A DNA stretch of 64,000 nt, from assembly GCA_030704615.1 (NCBI GenBank), contig CM060732.1, positions 42,098,001 through 42,162,000 of the forward strand, given 5' to 3'. The notes below the pieces were generated by a model, which did not search any database, was not told the DNA's origin, and worked only from the letters and a program-made list of their open reading frames with translations. This document shows positions 33,338 through 46,567 of the stretch, piece after piece. The position numbers and the translations under genes are program-made. Each line of letters begins with the position of its first letter. The stretch's first letter is position 1. The DNA comes from Takakia lepidozioides. Its lineage: Eukaryota > Plantae > Bryophyta.

Positions 33338-36300
33338 TCATCGCCAGGCTGTTTGCTTGAATCCAGGCCCCCTGTAGAGATCCCAGCCTCCCTCCGGCTC
33401 TTTCCTTTTGTAAGGAGGATACACACCAGGGTTGCTTGAGGCCGCCACTTGGGAGAGAGCCTTCATTTGCTCATTGAAAGCAACTACGCCTGGATGGATA
33501 GGTGGCAACCTCCCATGAATCATATCCTCTCTCCCTCCATCAGTGTCTGTGGATTCTGGACCCGCATTTAAATCTAGGCTTGCCCTCGCCCATGCACCAC
33601 TATTGTTCTCCACTGGTGGCACCTCCGGCATGCCCATTAAATAAGGTGGTCGTATGTATGAAGATGATGTGACAGTCGCTGGGCTGACTAACTGTGAGGA
33701 GGCCCCTGCAAAAGGTGCTGATCCAGAAGAATCACCATATGGAGCAGAAGTAGCTGTAAACGGAACAGATGAAGGAAGAAAACCAGAACCCCCAAACAAC
33801 GGGAATGGACCATAACCACCAAATGTCACTCTCTCGGCTGGGGGGTAGACAACAGCTGGTGAGGATGAGAGTGCCGGGCCCCCCCGGTAAATCTCGCCAC
33901 TGAAGGGGCTAGCCACAGCAACAGATCCATTACCAGCACTGGCATTCAAAAAGGACTGTGCCGCAGCAGCTGAGTATGGAGGTTCCGGTGTCCTGGCAGA
34001 CGAAAAGCCTGGCATAGCCACTGCTGAAAAACTGTTGTTGGGTGCAGAAAGCCAGGGAGACAAGCCCATATTTTCTCCCATCCTCAACCCTGCCACAACC
34101 ACTGGCATTGGAAGATTGCCCGGTTGTTTTCTCAAAATGAAAGGATGCAACGCAGGCTCATTTCCGTTAGACTCCTCAAAAGAAGGACCATCATTAAGAT
34201 CAAAGTCCATCATGCGTCTGGGTGGCTGTGAGGTGCTATTGTTGCTCCGTGCAGAAGACCCAACACCTTCAGCAGCTCGTATTTCTGCTGAGAGTGGCAT
34301 CCCACTCTCCTCACTATCATCCATGCGATTAAGATCCAGATGCAAGTTCGGCCTAGCAGCACCATAACCACTGTTGGAAGGGGCTTGTTGAGAGGTGGAC
34401 GGCAAAGCCCCACCACCATTAGAAGAAGGGTGAGCAGAACTTGAGCTCTCGGGCTTGAGTAAAGATAAACCAGAAACAGAGCTGGAGGGAACAGACAGAC
34501 TGTGCAATGACATTCCCAGCACACTTCCTTGGGATGAAAGAGTGGTCGCCGCCACATCAACATCCTCCATCACTATGTCATCTGCCACATTCAGATCAAA
34601 TTCCAAGGGTGGCCGAGCTCGCTTTGCACCATTTGCATTCAAAGCCAGGTTACCATCTGAAGCTATACTGCTTTCTGCAGCAGCAGATTGTTGCCCATCG
34701 GGCGTTCGGCGTGGCTCGGCTGGACGGAATGCACTAGTTGCAGCAGAGCCTTTCCAGCCAAGTTCCCGCTTGATCCACATTGGGCTTGCTGGGGGTATGA
34801 ATGGTCCTTTAGTGGCAGCCAGCACGGCGATTGGTGCTGCCACAGAACTTGTGGTTGCTGCAGAGGGAATGGGATAGGACGGTACCACAGGAAGCGCTGC
34901 AGAGGCAGGGGGAGAAGTGGCTGCATCATCCTGGGGACTATCATCAGCTGCCAAGCCTTCATTCAAGTCAAAATCTAGCCTCTCTGAAACATCGCTGCCG
35001 CCAACAGCACCATCACTAGGTCCAGTTACTTCAGCAGCTCGCTCCGGTGTGGTAGGCTCACCTCCCTGTAAGCTGCGAGCAGCAGGCTTTGCTACATGGT
35101 TCATCACAGGGAAAGGAGACACTGGACCAGGCACACCCACAAGCTGAGTAGATGGGCTCCTCAACAGTCGTCTCTTCTCCTCTAGACCTCCCTCCAACAC
35201 TGAATCCATTTCTTCTATTCTCAACATAGAGCTCTTTCTCTCCGGGGAAACTTCAATATTTGTCACTTCATCTGCTTCTTCCCCCACCTTAGAGCCAATC
35301 GTCTTCACAATATCTGCTGCCACTTCTTTCCTTTCGAGTATTGTGTCTTGACTGCCATCAGGGTGAGCTGCACCGCTGCTAGCTACATGTCGCCGATCCC
35401 AGGCATCACTGCCAGACTCCCTCAGCTTCTCTTCAGTGCCATTTAAAGGCTTCCGTTTATGCTCCTTTGCAGCAGCTGCCTCAAGTACACAGCCATCTCT
35501 AGCTTCAGAACAATTCACCGCTGTGCTCAAAGCTCTTGCATCCCCTCCATCTCTGTCAGACGAAGTGCTAGATACAGGTTTACCATACCTCTCCATTTGT
35601 TCCACCTCATTCGCAGCCTGCCGGGCAACCTCCAATACATCTTCCTCAGGAAATCCTGGTACAAGATCAAGGGTCTTCTGGACATCACTGTCCACCCTCC
35701 TGCCAAACCGCTGGCCTGCTTCTTGACCTCTTTTCTTAGCATCCTTTTCATCTTGCAGTCGCGAATCCATGATGCCAACTCCTCCATTGGGCCTGTAATC
35801 CATCCCTCCAACACTTAAGCCATTGCAGTGCTCCAAAGCAGACTTACCTCCTTTTGAATTAGTCAATAACAATTTCTTCTCCTCTGTGACAGAGCTACTC
35901 TTCCCGAACTTCCCACCTAAATGCCCATCACAACCTCCAGCCTTGCTTTCCACTGCATGTGTACTGGTACTTTTGTACTCCTTCAAGCAGGACAGCTCAA
36001 CAGCTTTGGCACTGCCTTCATCTACTGGTTTGGTATCCATCGGCTGTTCCACCATCAATTTAGCTGCGTTCGACATATTAACAGAGCGTTCACCAGACTG
36101 ACCTCCCTCTTCACCAGAAATGAGAATCCCCTCCCCCCTTTCTTCTCTTCCTTCCTCCACAGACAAACCCTCCATGCCCAGCTTTGCACCCACATCATGC
36201 ATAGAACTTTGTCTTCCCACATTTCCTTCTTCAGTTTGCTCCTTTTCATTCTTTCCTCCACCACTGATGCCTTTTGCTGTTGACAAATCATGATCAGCAG

Positions 36301-39300
36301 GACTATCCACTCCTCCTGGTGCTGAACGATCTCTGTCCTCAGCACCCTCTTTAATATCCATACCCACCTGCCCATTTCCAGAATTTACAATTCCAAGTAA
36401 AGGACCAGCCTCTGATGACGATCTAGCTTTTACCTCCAGTTCCCCTTTCATCACCTCTCCTCTTACAGTGTTTCCATCGAGGTTTCCAGCCACAGACTCC
36501 TCAGCTGCAGCTGCAACAGTTGCTAGCAAGCTCATTCCTCCATCATCCACCTCCATGGCTGAAGACTCAGAATGACTAGGCGGTGCACCCTCGACAGAAA
36601 CTCCCCCAGCAGCTGCTTGTGACTCCTTCCCACCATCATCAGCTCCATCAATAGGGCCTCTCTGTGAGTAAGTGGGGTTGCAACCTGGGCTGCTATGGGA
36701 GGTTTGTGTTTCTTTCCTATCACGTTCTGCCTCCAGACTCGAGGTTGTTCTTCCAAGACGGCTTGCATCATTCCCTGTCTTCTCACACTCCAAGACACTG
36801 TCAGCTCCCGTGGTATTCTGGGATTTGCTCCTGTCATCCCCCACACCAGCTCCAGATTTCCCCCCACTCCCAACCCTGGAATCAGTGCCAGTTTCTGACG
36901 AAGCTGACACTTGAACTCCTACTTGTGGCCTACTCTTCCCCTCCACTGCATCAGATGAACCTGCAGCTGGATGCCTTTCTGGCACACTTGGTGACGAGCT
37001 TCTGCTTGTTGATGGAGTAACATCGACCGTACCCCCACTCACAGTACCCCCACTCATACGTGCGGGGCTCCGTCCAGGATTTGGAAGTCTAACAACCAAT
37101 CTCTGCTGAGAATTGGGGGTATCCCTTGCAACATCTGTCACTGTTCTATCTGGTGGAGCAACTGAGCCACCTGCTTTCTCTGTAGCTGCATTCCTGCTCC
37201 AAACGAGAGGTTTCCCAGCCCCAACCTCCTTCATGCCGCCAGATAGGCTTGCCCCCAAGAACCCTTTGGTGTGGACATTAGGGAGTCGTGACCCGCCTGA
37301 GCTAGGAATTTTAGCATTAGCATTAGCAGAGAATGTTGAATTCTTGGCATCATCTTTCCATACTAAATTGACACCTTTCCCAGCCCCACTTCCCCATGAC
37401 AAACCATTGCTTTGGGATTGACTCGAACTGCTGCTTTTCTCTTCTTTCACTTGGAGTCCAGGCAAGTCTGGAGAGAGGTTAGCAGCCGACACCTTTGTAT
37501 TACTGTCTTTCAAGGCTGGAAGACTGGTGGAGAGAACCGAACCAGTTTTCCCGGCAGACATGCTCACTGGCTTCACAGAAGTATCCCCAGAGCATGAGCC
37601 ATTCGGACTGGCCTTGACATTCCCTGCAAATGCTCCAGAGCTCTTCACAGCAACCTCTGGTGCCCCTCCTGTCCCCTTCGTCAGATGGGAGTGCACAAGA
37701 TCTGCAGATGACTGCTTGTAAGACCATGAAATGATATGGCCAGATCCAGACTTTCCTTCACCAGACAACTTCATTTCAGCATCCACTCGCTTCTTCCAAA
37801 TATCTACCAGCTTTCTAGCTTTTTTCTGGATCTCCAAATTCTTGTGACTGCGCAGGTGGTTGACAGATTTGCCAACAACGCAAGTTTTCAAGGCATCAAG
37901 ATCCACTGGCAGTCTATCTAGCGCACGGAGGAGTGCCAATAGCAACTCCTCCACAACTTTGTCCCCTTCTTTAGGGCTGCCACCGTCTCCCACTTTCCCT
38001 TTGTGGGCATCCTGCAGCCACTCATCTAGCAATTTCAATCCTCCCAACTGCACAAACCGGTTCAGGCAATCATCCTTCTCCGTTGCTGCAATCACCCCTG
38101 CGAGCATGGTTCGGCGAGCAGTGAGATCTGCCACCTTCCTGGTACCATCATTCTGATCCTGCTGCATAAGCTGCACCAAGCGCTCCACACCCGCCACATT
38201 TGCGAGTCCGTCTTTATCAGTGATAGTAGCAATCTCTTCAGGCTTCATGCTGCGGTCCCACTTCAACAGGCTTGCATCACAGTCTTCAGGCTTCACAGTT
38301 CGTTCGCGTTTGCTAGGGTCCAGATTCTGATCAGCACACTCTCTCTTCTTCCCCTTTCCTGGAACAGAAAATGGCACATTTTGCACTGTGTCCAGACTTG
38401 ATTTAAGTTGCACTGAAGAGGTGGGTCCAGTCAAAGTTCTTGGTGAAGGCCCTCCTGATTGGACGGTTGCCTGCATCTCTAGCTTTGTCCTCTCCAGCAG
38501 TTGATCTACCTCATCCTGTCGTTCCTGCAGGAAAAACCCCTCTTCATAGTTACTGGGCAGTGGAGGTGACAACTGGAGTGCCACTAAACGAACAACCTCA
38601 GTCTGTGCCAGTAGACATGATCTTCTATCCAGCAGATACAGCCCACATATGGTTTGAGAAAAAAGTCAGTAAACTGGCTAAAATATTCCAGAATACTCAC
38701 AAATAAGCGGGAACGCTGGCAAGAGAAGTTCAGGATTTTGGCATAAGAAATAAAAGAAATAGAAATGAAGATCACAGTACCAGACGGTAGAAAAGCACCG
38801 AGCACAGCCCTAAATCTCTGCAGGTCCTCACTTTGGTTGTGGGCAAACAAGTCAAGGATCTGCCATATAGACTCCAGGCTATGTTCCGAGACTTTGAGGC
38901 TAACCATATTAGAGAACATAAAACATGATCTACACCAATTAGTGGGAAATGAGTCAATGCATGGACATTATTCGAGTCTGAGATACCACTTCCTCTTCCT
39001 GCTTGGAAGTAAGACAGGAATGCAGGTGACTGTTCACACAATTCACAAAAAGAAGCAGACAAAGTGCAAGATGAAACCAACTCACATCAGTGTAGTCACG
39101 ATCTGTGAGCCACCACAAGCACTTGCTGGCAGTGTCATAAACTCGCCTACAGACAAATGAGGACACTCCTGCTGGAAGCTCCACCCCCTTTCGAAGAAAT
39201 GCAACCTTACATGGATGCAATAATGTTGCAGCTGATATATCATCCTTATGGAAGGAATAGAAAATCTCGTTTGGGGCAGCCTCAAGCAGAACCCCTTTTG

Positions 39301-41213
39301 CCAACTTTATGTCAGCTGGCCTGTAGAGCCAATTGACGCATAGCTTTACTTGCTCCTCTTTATCAGTAGTCAGCTTTGTCACCTTGCGCAGTATTCCAAT
39401 GAATGGAGGAGCATTCCCTGCCTGAAAAAGTGCAGTGTCTCCAATGTTGAGAGTGCGACCTCCCTGCCAAAAGGATTAAAACATCAGGGCCATCAAGTTG
39501 TTGACGTCCAGTCCACCAGATGTGACCAGACTGAGTCCCTCACATAATTACTGGGGAAAGACACAAACCCCGTCCATGACTTGCAAATGACATCATTGGC
39601 ATGCCAGTACATCGACACCACTAAGAAACCTCAGAGAATTGTAGCTCACTGGTTTTGATAGACCACACTCTAACCCCTAGGTCAGAAGCAGAGCAAACTA
39701 TGAGCCACATCCCACTTGAAGCAAAGCCATTGGAACCTGAGGGAAAAATCTCAAAACTGACCAGCATGAGTTCCAACCATGGGCAAGCATGGCAGGATCC
39801 ACGCCCCATTGTGATGAGTTCAAAATCTACTGGATGAAGTTCAGTCACAGTGACACATTTCCCCTAGTGCCAAGGGCAGCAGGCACTTAATACCAGGTAA
39901 AACACTTGTGAAAATAACTTCAAATTCCTTCACCATGGGCAATGAACTTAGGGTACTCCAAAGTATTTAGAACTGACCCACACTGTCAGAAAAAAGAAAG
40001 AAGCAGGTGTAGACTTTCCCAAAGAGCTGGATGATCCAGCCACAAAATGACAAACGCAAATCTATGTATGACAGATCAACTTCAGAGACCAACCAAGTTC
40101 TTCTCGCATATTGCATTGATGCTATTAGGACGAGGGTCGAGCCCTTGTAGATTTGTACTATTCACGTATGCGGCATCGAACAAAGCCTACGACTGAGATC
40201 CACAGCTAGATTCCCTGCCTGGTTTTCATTTCAGCTGAGACACAGTTTGCATTGGCCATAAACCGTCCAGCTTGGATGAACCGGTCAGTAAGACGGGATC
40301 TTCGCAAGAAACTTTACCCATGTGCGCGCTGAGGAGTATGCTGCCTAACTATTCGTGCCTATGTAATGGTCACGGACAATGATATGAACAAGTCAGGTTG
40401 TAGAGGCTGAGCGAACGTCGCCCAGCATGTCGCCAAAGCACCTGATCCACAAGATCTGATGGAATAACCGCCAGATGTACTAGGTTGCCTCAGAGTATGG
40501 AGACTCTATCCACCATCACCTCATACAACACAGGTTCCTGAAGATGTCTTCCACTCACAGTGAGGACCTTAACCACCGAGACGTCCCGAGCCCCTACTAT
40601 AAGCACGGGATACAAATATGTCATCGCCAACCTCACAAGTATATGCTGATCAAAGGGATCGGCAACTCCCACCCGACACAGCACCGACGGGGTGGGATCA
40701 GGACTTCATTCCAGAGAGTAGTTCTAATATGGCAATCTATCTGCCAGCGAGGACCCCGGAAAACCACATCGCCAGCCAAATATTGTCAAGTCAGATAGTC
40801 ACACGACTGGATTGCAACCTCCTCGTGGCATCTGGCATCATCCTCTGCACAGAAGCCAAGAATCGCATACATTCCAAACCGAAGTCCTCCCCACCCCAAA
40901 AACAAGCAAACAGACATGAAGGAATCCCAATCATCAACACGAGTACAGATCGTTGTCCACGATTTACGAACGACACGCAAAGGGTGCAGCTGCATATCCT
41001 GAGACAACGCTTGAACTGTTGACGTACAAACTGACTGGTGTAGTTTAGTAGTTCAGATCTTCCAGAGGTCCGCAAGGCTCACGCAAGCACCTTGGTAGAG
41101 TAGGATGTTGATGTAGAGGCAGAGGAGTCGGCAAGTTTGCCAGGAGGGGAGCGTTGTGAAGGGGAGGACCACATGTGCTGCTTCTGCCTCTCCTCGCTTT
41201 GCTGCCCATGCAT
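33338..41213 (-). CDS. BAH and TFIIS N-terminal domain protein (SUO-like), 3 coding exons, ~1895 aa
   Basis: Exons 41091-41213 (MHG...HMW), 39086-39463 (BAH: GDTALF..PPFIG, VNWLYRP, NEIFYSFH, CRRVYD) and 33338-38524 (TFIIS-N: LDEWLQ, VGKSVNHLRSHKNLEIQKKAR; GWKGSAATSAFRPAEPR; five DLN EAR-like motifs; KRKEPEGGWD). Confidence 0.93.
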
Positions 41214-42885
41214 GTCATTGCCTCCCCCCAGATCAGCTTCACTAATTCCACATCCCGCACTCTCCCTCCGAGCACCTGCACTCCCGTTCGTCTTGCCTCT
41301 CTCTTTCAGCCTTCCAAGACTTGTCCTTGACGTCCCTGCCGATCAGGTGTTAAAAAGCAAACCAGAGCTTGTTAGATGAACGCCAATCTACCATGACGCT
41401 CTCCCTCATTCTCCAACTATCATCTCCTAGTACTACACCGCCTCTTCCGCAGTCTTCCACCACACATAAGCACCAGAAATAAGAGGCTTCAGTAAGAAGG
41501 CTGCGGGACCTCAAGTGTCAGAGAGAGGTAGGATCCCACGTTCAAAGAGCGTGCTTTCTTTCAAGCACTCAAACCCCACATCCCACCCTTTCAGGCTGCT
41601 AAGCAAAGATGCATTCTCCAAGCAATAGCTGAGCTGAAGACGTAGAAATGAAAATTTTGCAGCAGCAGTGTTCCACACCACCTCATCACGTAGATCCTTC
41701 ACACAATCTCCACACAAACTCCGGCGTTTCACAACCCTACTGTCAGCAGTTCATGCCGCCATGGCAGGCCCTTCCTTTGAGAGACAAGCGCTGGAGTGAG
41801 CGAGAGGAGAAAGGCAGACGCAGAGGACGCAGCGGGCAGCTAACCACACTTTTCCGGGCAGCTTCGGCCAGCCCATGGGACTCCATGCATGCACCACCAC
41901 ATGGCATGGATGCATACATGAACAGATGGGTGCACGAGCATCCCGAGGCACGGTGCGCCCAAGTCTTGAGCTCAAATCCTGCCCCGCCATATTTCCAGGC
42001 TCTGACCACAATAAACCATTCACGTTGTTTTTTTTGGATTTGTCGCCCAGCTTCGATGTTCTTTCTATTTGCGCACATATCATTGCGCACGTGTATCGAA
42101 GTCCACCATCTGGATAGTGCAGGCCTGCCACCCGAGCTCGAATCCTGGCGACGTCTCCTCACCTTCATTTCAGGAGCACACCGCGCCAATTTATTATTTT
42201 TATTAACCCCTTCTCACAACCATCCTGTCGCTTGTCTCCTTTCCACGATGTCGACCCTGTTTCTCATCCGCGCTGTCATCCGCAACCCAAAGCTGTCAAG
42301 ATAAAGTAGCCAAATGAATGGTGCGGGCTCCTCTCCGTGGATGTACGGCGCGGTCCCACTGTGCGGGGCCTGCCGGCAACCGAGCAGACGTCATTCATCC
42401 AAATCGCTCGATATAGCCAACCCCACCCCCGGTTTCGCCAACAAACCGCCGAACCCGGGCGGCGAAACCCCACGGACCATAAAGGCGGTGTGTAAAAACA
42501 GGAAAACAACGCCCCGGCATTCACACGGGCAGGTAAGAAACAGGCACAACAAAAGGGCAGATAAACAAGGCCAGGGAGGGCAGGCAGCCGACAAGCGGGC
42601 TGGGCCGGGCCCGCCCAATCGCGGCTTTGAAAAACGCCACGCCGGCAATGTGTGGCCGGCGATGCAGCCGCCGGCGGGGCCGCAGGGCCACATCCACGCC
42701 ACGTTTTTGACCCCGCGCGCGCCGCCGCCGCGCGATGTCCTCCCGACGTGCGCGCCGCCGGCGCCGGCCTTACACTCCCCGGCAACCCAGTTTCCCGGCC
42801 AGCTGCCGGTCACTGGAGTACGGCGACGCAGGAACATTCCTTATTATAATATATGGTTTCCAAACTGGAGCCCCAATCTCGAGCT

Positions 42886-42945
42886 CCGTGCAACAACGGG
42901 ATTCGAACCCGGGACCACACTTGGCAAAACCTGCCTATTCTATTT
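42886..42945 (-). other. tRNA-Gly-like remnant (possible SINE head)
   Basis: Minus strand tagaatag...ttgccaa...cccgggttcgaatcccg...tgca has an intact B box. The 5' half is decayed. Confidence 0.35.
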
Positions 42946-45900
42946 TCACAGGTAATCAGTTCCAGAAAACTTCATCCACATCCGCGGCCGATGATTCATC
43001 CACAGTTCCAGGTGCTACGTGGGCAAGGGCGATAAAAGTGAGAAATTGAGCATCGAAGCGACATGTGACGTGACGGGGTGGGATCGTCACGTCACTATCA
43101 TCGCGGGTTGGATGTTGCAATCAATCTCTGCCTGTACCTTTGTCATACCATCGTCATGTGCCCCACATGCCATCCATCCATCCATCCATCCATCGCATTC
43201 ACGTCGCATAGTGCTGCCCCGATGCCGTGTAAAACTTGTACGGTGTACAATACGACAAAGCGTCGCGTAAAGCTGGCGTATTTTGGCACGTACTGGTACG
43301 GCAGGGTCGCGGTACGTAGGGTGGTTTCGCCATTAATGGTCTCTCTCTCTCTTCTATAGCCGTGACACCCATGGCTGCTAAACCTGGCACCGCGCCACTC
43401 ATGCCCATCATCATATGTTCTACTTGCATCCATTTCGCCGAAGAAAACATGTTAAGAGAACGGGATCCCATAATTTGAACCCGAAACCTTATCGCCTGGA
43501 AAAAGTCAGCCAAGTCCTTGTTGGTTCATTATTGCTCCCCCTGGATATGGCACATGTCTACTGCCCAGCTGATGATCTAGGGCTCAAATCCCGGATGCAA
43601 ATTGGTTGTTCTACCGCGTCAGCTACCGCTAAATATAAGTGGTTATTACGTTATTACCTATATCGAAACCAGCCTGAGATACTGCATATGGTCGTCTACG
43701 TTGGAATCCGCTTTTCATCCACAAAGGACAGTCTCATCGACTGTCAGTTGGTTAATGCTCATGAGTTGATTTATGACGCGCCGGCTGTACCCGACATGTC
43801 ATCCATCGCCACCCCCGCATTTAATTCCGCAGAGAGTGGCAGACGGTATATGCTCGGCGATATAATAATTTCAAATTGTCTCTGGCGTAAAACTATTCAA
43901 AAGGCCAAAGCAGCTATCGAACGGCCCGCGGTAGAGACTGACAAAATGTCGCGGCGGAACATCTCCACGTGTCATATCTCCGGCGCCGTGTAAAATCACG
44001 AAGTCAAAAAGATGCTCCGGATTTCCAGCAGAACCTTCTTCAGGTGTGTTTATGGGGAATGGAACCGGGGACCACAGCAGAAGGGCAGAGTGGACGAAGC
44101 AGTGCGGTGGCTGGTCGTTAGGGCTGCAGTTAGTAGGGCGGCATGGCGTAACGCGTCGGTCTTTGTCCGCACGGCCAGTGAGGGCATTGAATATGGGATA
44201 ATAGGCAGGCTATTATTTAATAGGCAAGGCCCTGTCCTGCCATCCCTGCTCGCACGTCTTGCCTGCCAAAGCCTGCCACCGCGCCTCTCAATCATTCCTT
44301 TTTCATAGCTCTGCCACTGGATGGATGAACCCCACCAGATGAACGCTGCACTGCAGCAGGACAGGTACGGAAAGTATAATAGTTTTCTACTATACCTTAT
44401 TAAATTCGGCCAATTTTCATTTTCGGTGCCAGTACGCGTAGGTGGACCGTATGTATCCGAGTACATGTGCTGTACAGGTATTCGCTGTGGCCCTATCCTA
44501 GGGTGTATCCGTGTAGGTATCTGATCGAGAATACGTACCTGCATCCCGGTACCGGCAATGGCAACGATCGAGAAACACGGCGAGGGTACAGTACATTATA
44601 CGTACGCGTACCGCCCGATGCCGTATACATACCGGGATTTGATGGTGATCGGGGCGGGAAACAGTGACGGACCGGCGAGGCGTCGCCGTCGCCGTCGCCG
44701 TCGCACTGCCCCCCCGGCTATTGCCAGCCTGCCACGGCCTGCAGCCCCATCGCCACACATCGCCGTCACTGTGACAGTTCGCCAGGGCGACGAGGGTTTC
44801 GCCGAGGAATCGCCACTTACCAGGGGTGAGCCTGGGGTGGCTTGTCGGAACAAGGGTGAGGAAGTCCGCAGTCCTCGTTGCCAACAACCCCCATTTTGTT
44901 GTTGTTGTTGTTGTTGTTCCAAGTCGGAGCTGGATGCGGAGCGACGCAACGCAAGTTGCGGATGCTCAAGTCGGAGTGGAAATCCGGATGCGGACGGTGG
45001 TGCAAGTTGCGGATGTGATTGGGGTGTGTGTGCGCAAGCGTCATGAAATTGTTGCGGAGCGGCAAGGATTGAGCTTGTCGCGTCCGGCCGTGGAAAAAAA
45101 CGGAAACACATAAGTATTGGAAACAAAACATAGGAAAGACCACCATTTTGGGTAGCAAGTAGCAAGCAGCTGCCATGGTGTGTAGTGAGGAGTGGGGAGG
45201 AGTGCAGACATGTAACTTGTAAGTTCAACTTAAACTGGGGTTCGGGTGTTGGATTAAAAGGAGTGTGGGTATGTGTGTGCTGTGTACCTTTGTGACAGGA
45301 TATACAAAGAGCCTGACACGCATATCAAGGCATGGAATCTGGGTAGTTTGGCCTTGATTGCCTGGCTGCAGCTGGATGGGTGATTAGCTATATTCATCAT
45401 CCATCCAGAAGATGATGTAGTCTCTTCAATGAGATTGATAGCCCAGTTGGACAAAGCAGGAATAGAGAGTAGGAGGAGAATGAATCCTGAGAAAGTGCTG
45501 ACTTTGGAAACTTGGGTATAAGTGTATGACAGGAATATGACACAATCATGAAGTGTGTGCAGGTTGCGTGTATGTTGATTGAATGGGAAGAGGGTGAACA
45601 ACCTCCCCACCCATCAATCACAAGCTTTCAAATTTCAAACTTGATCACTGCTTTGCCACAGTTTCTCTGGATAGTGTCCATTGGGTGGTAGATTCTCTGT
45701 AGCCAAATTTAACCAATTTAACCAATTTAGTGCGCTTTTGCACTAAATTTCTCTCATCTGATGACCCAAATTTACTATGTTTCAGTTTGAAGAACAGAAA
45801 TTTGGGTGGGATCCTAATGGGGTTGGATCCAGAGTGTCCTTTCGACTTGTACTGGTGTTCTGATGGACAGCCACTCACTTTTTGAGAGGGTGGTGCTTTC

Positions 45901-46567
45901 TTCCAGTTTTAGAACATTTTGTTGGGTTCTATATTCTACACCCTCACAGTGCTACTGTTGCCCTGGTAAGTATGAATATCAAAAGTAAAGGAAATTGAAG
46001 GTCCAGACTCCGGAGATTTACTGAGCACAGTCCTATCAAGGAACCAATCTCCGAATGTCACTGATCAAAAGATTCCTGCAGGTTTGAAGGGTGAAAACTT
46101 AGGAATTGCTGTGGCATAACAGTTGAGCCATGTATTTGACCTCTCCAAAAACAAATTTGCGAGTGCAAAAGGGATCAAACATTTGTTAGAAGATTTGTGT
46201 TCGCGTGAGATGACCAAGTACTTTTAGGAATCTAAAATTGGAGAAAGAAAGAGTTTATGGAGAAAGAGCATGTGGTTCATCCCAAAGCTTGCCTACTGAC
46301 TGTGAAGACACAGAGAGCATCTCAAGGTCACACGTTTACCACATATGTATATCATGAATGAAGTTAGTTTATCTCTCTCTCTCTCTCTTCACCCCCACAA
46401 GGGTGCGATGGTCTGGTATGAGGACAAATTATGAACAGTCTAATTCAATCCTACAAAAATGTTGTCTCTCCGTCTTGCTCCCTCCATGTCTGAAGCAAGA
46501 ATTTCTGTTATGACATTAGATGAGATCCACGGGAAACAACGCTGACAAATATCCGGCTTCAAGTACA

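Noticed and set aside
38525-38584. N-terminus of the 1748-aa ORF
   Set aside because: This part is intronic. The true exon starts at the AG acceptor at 38524.
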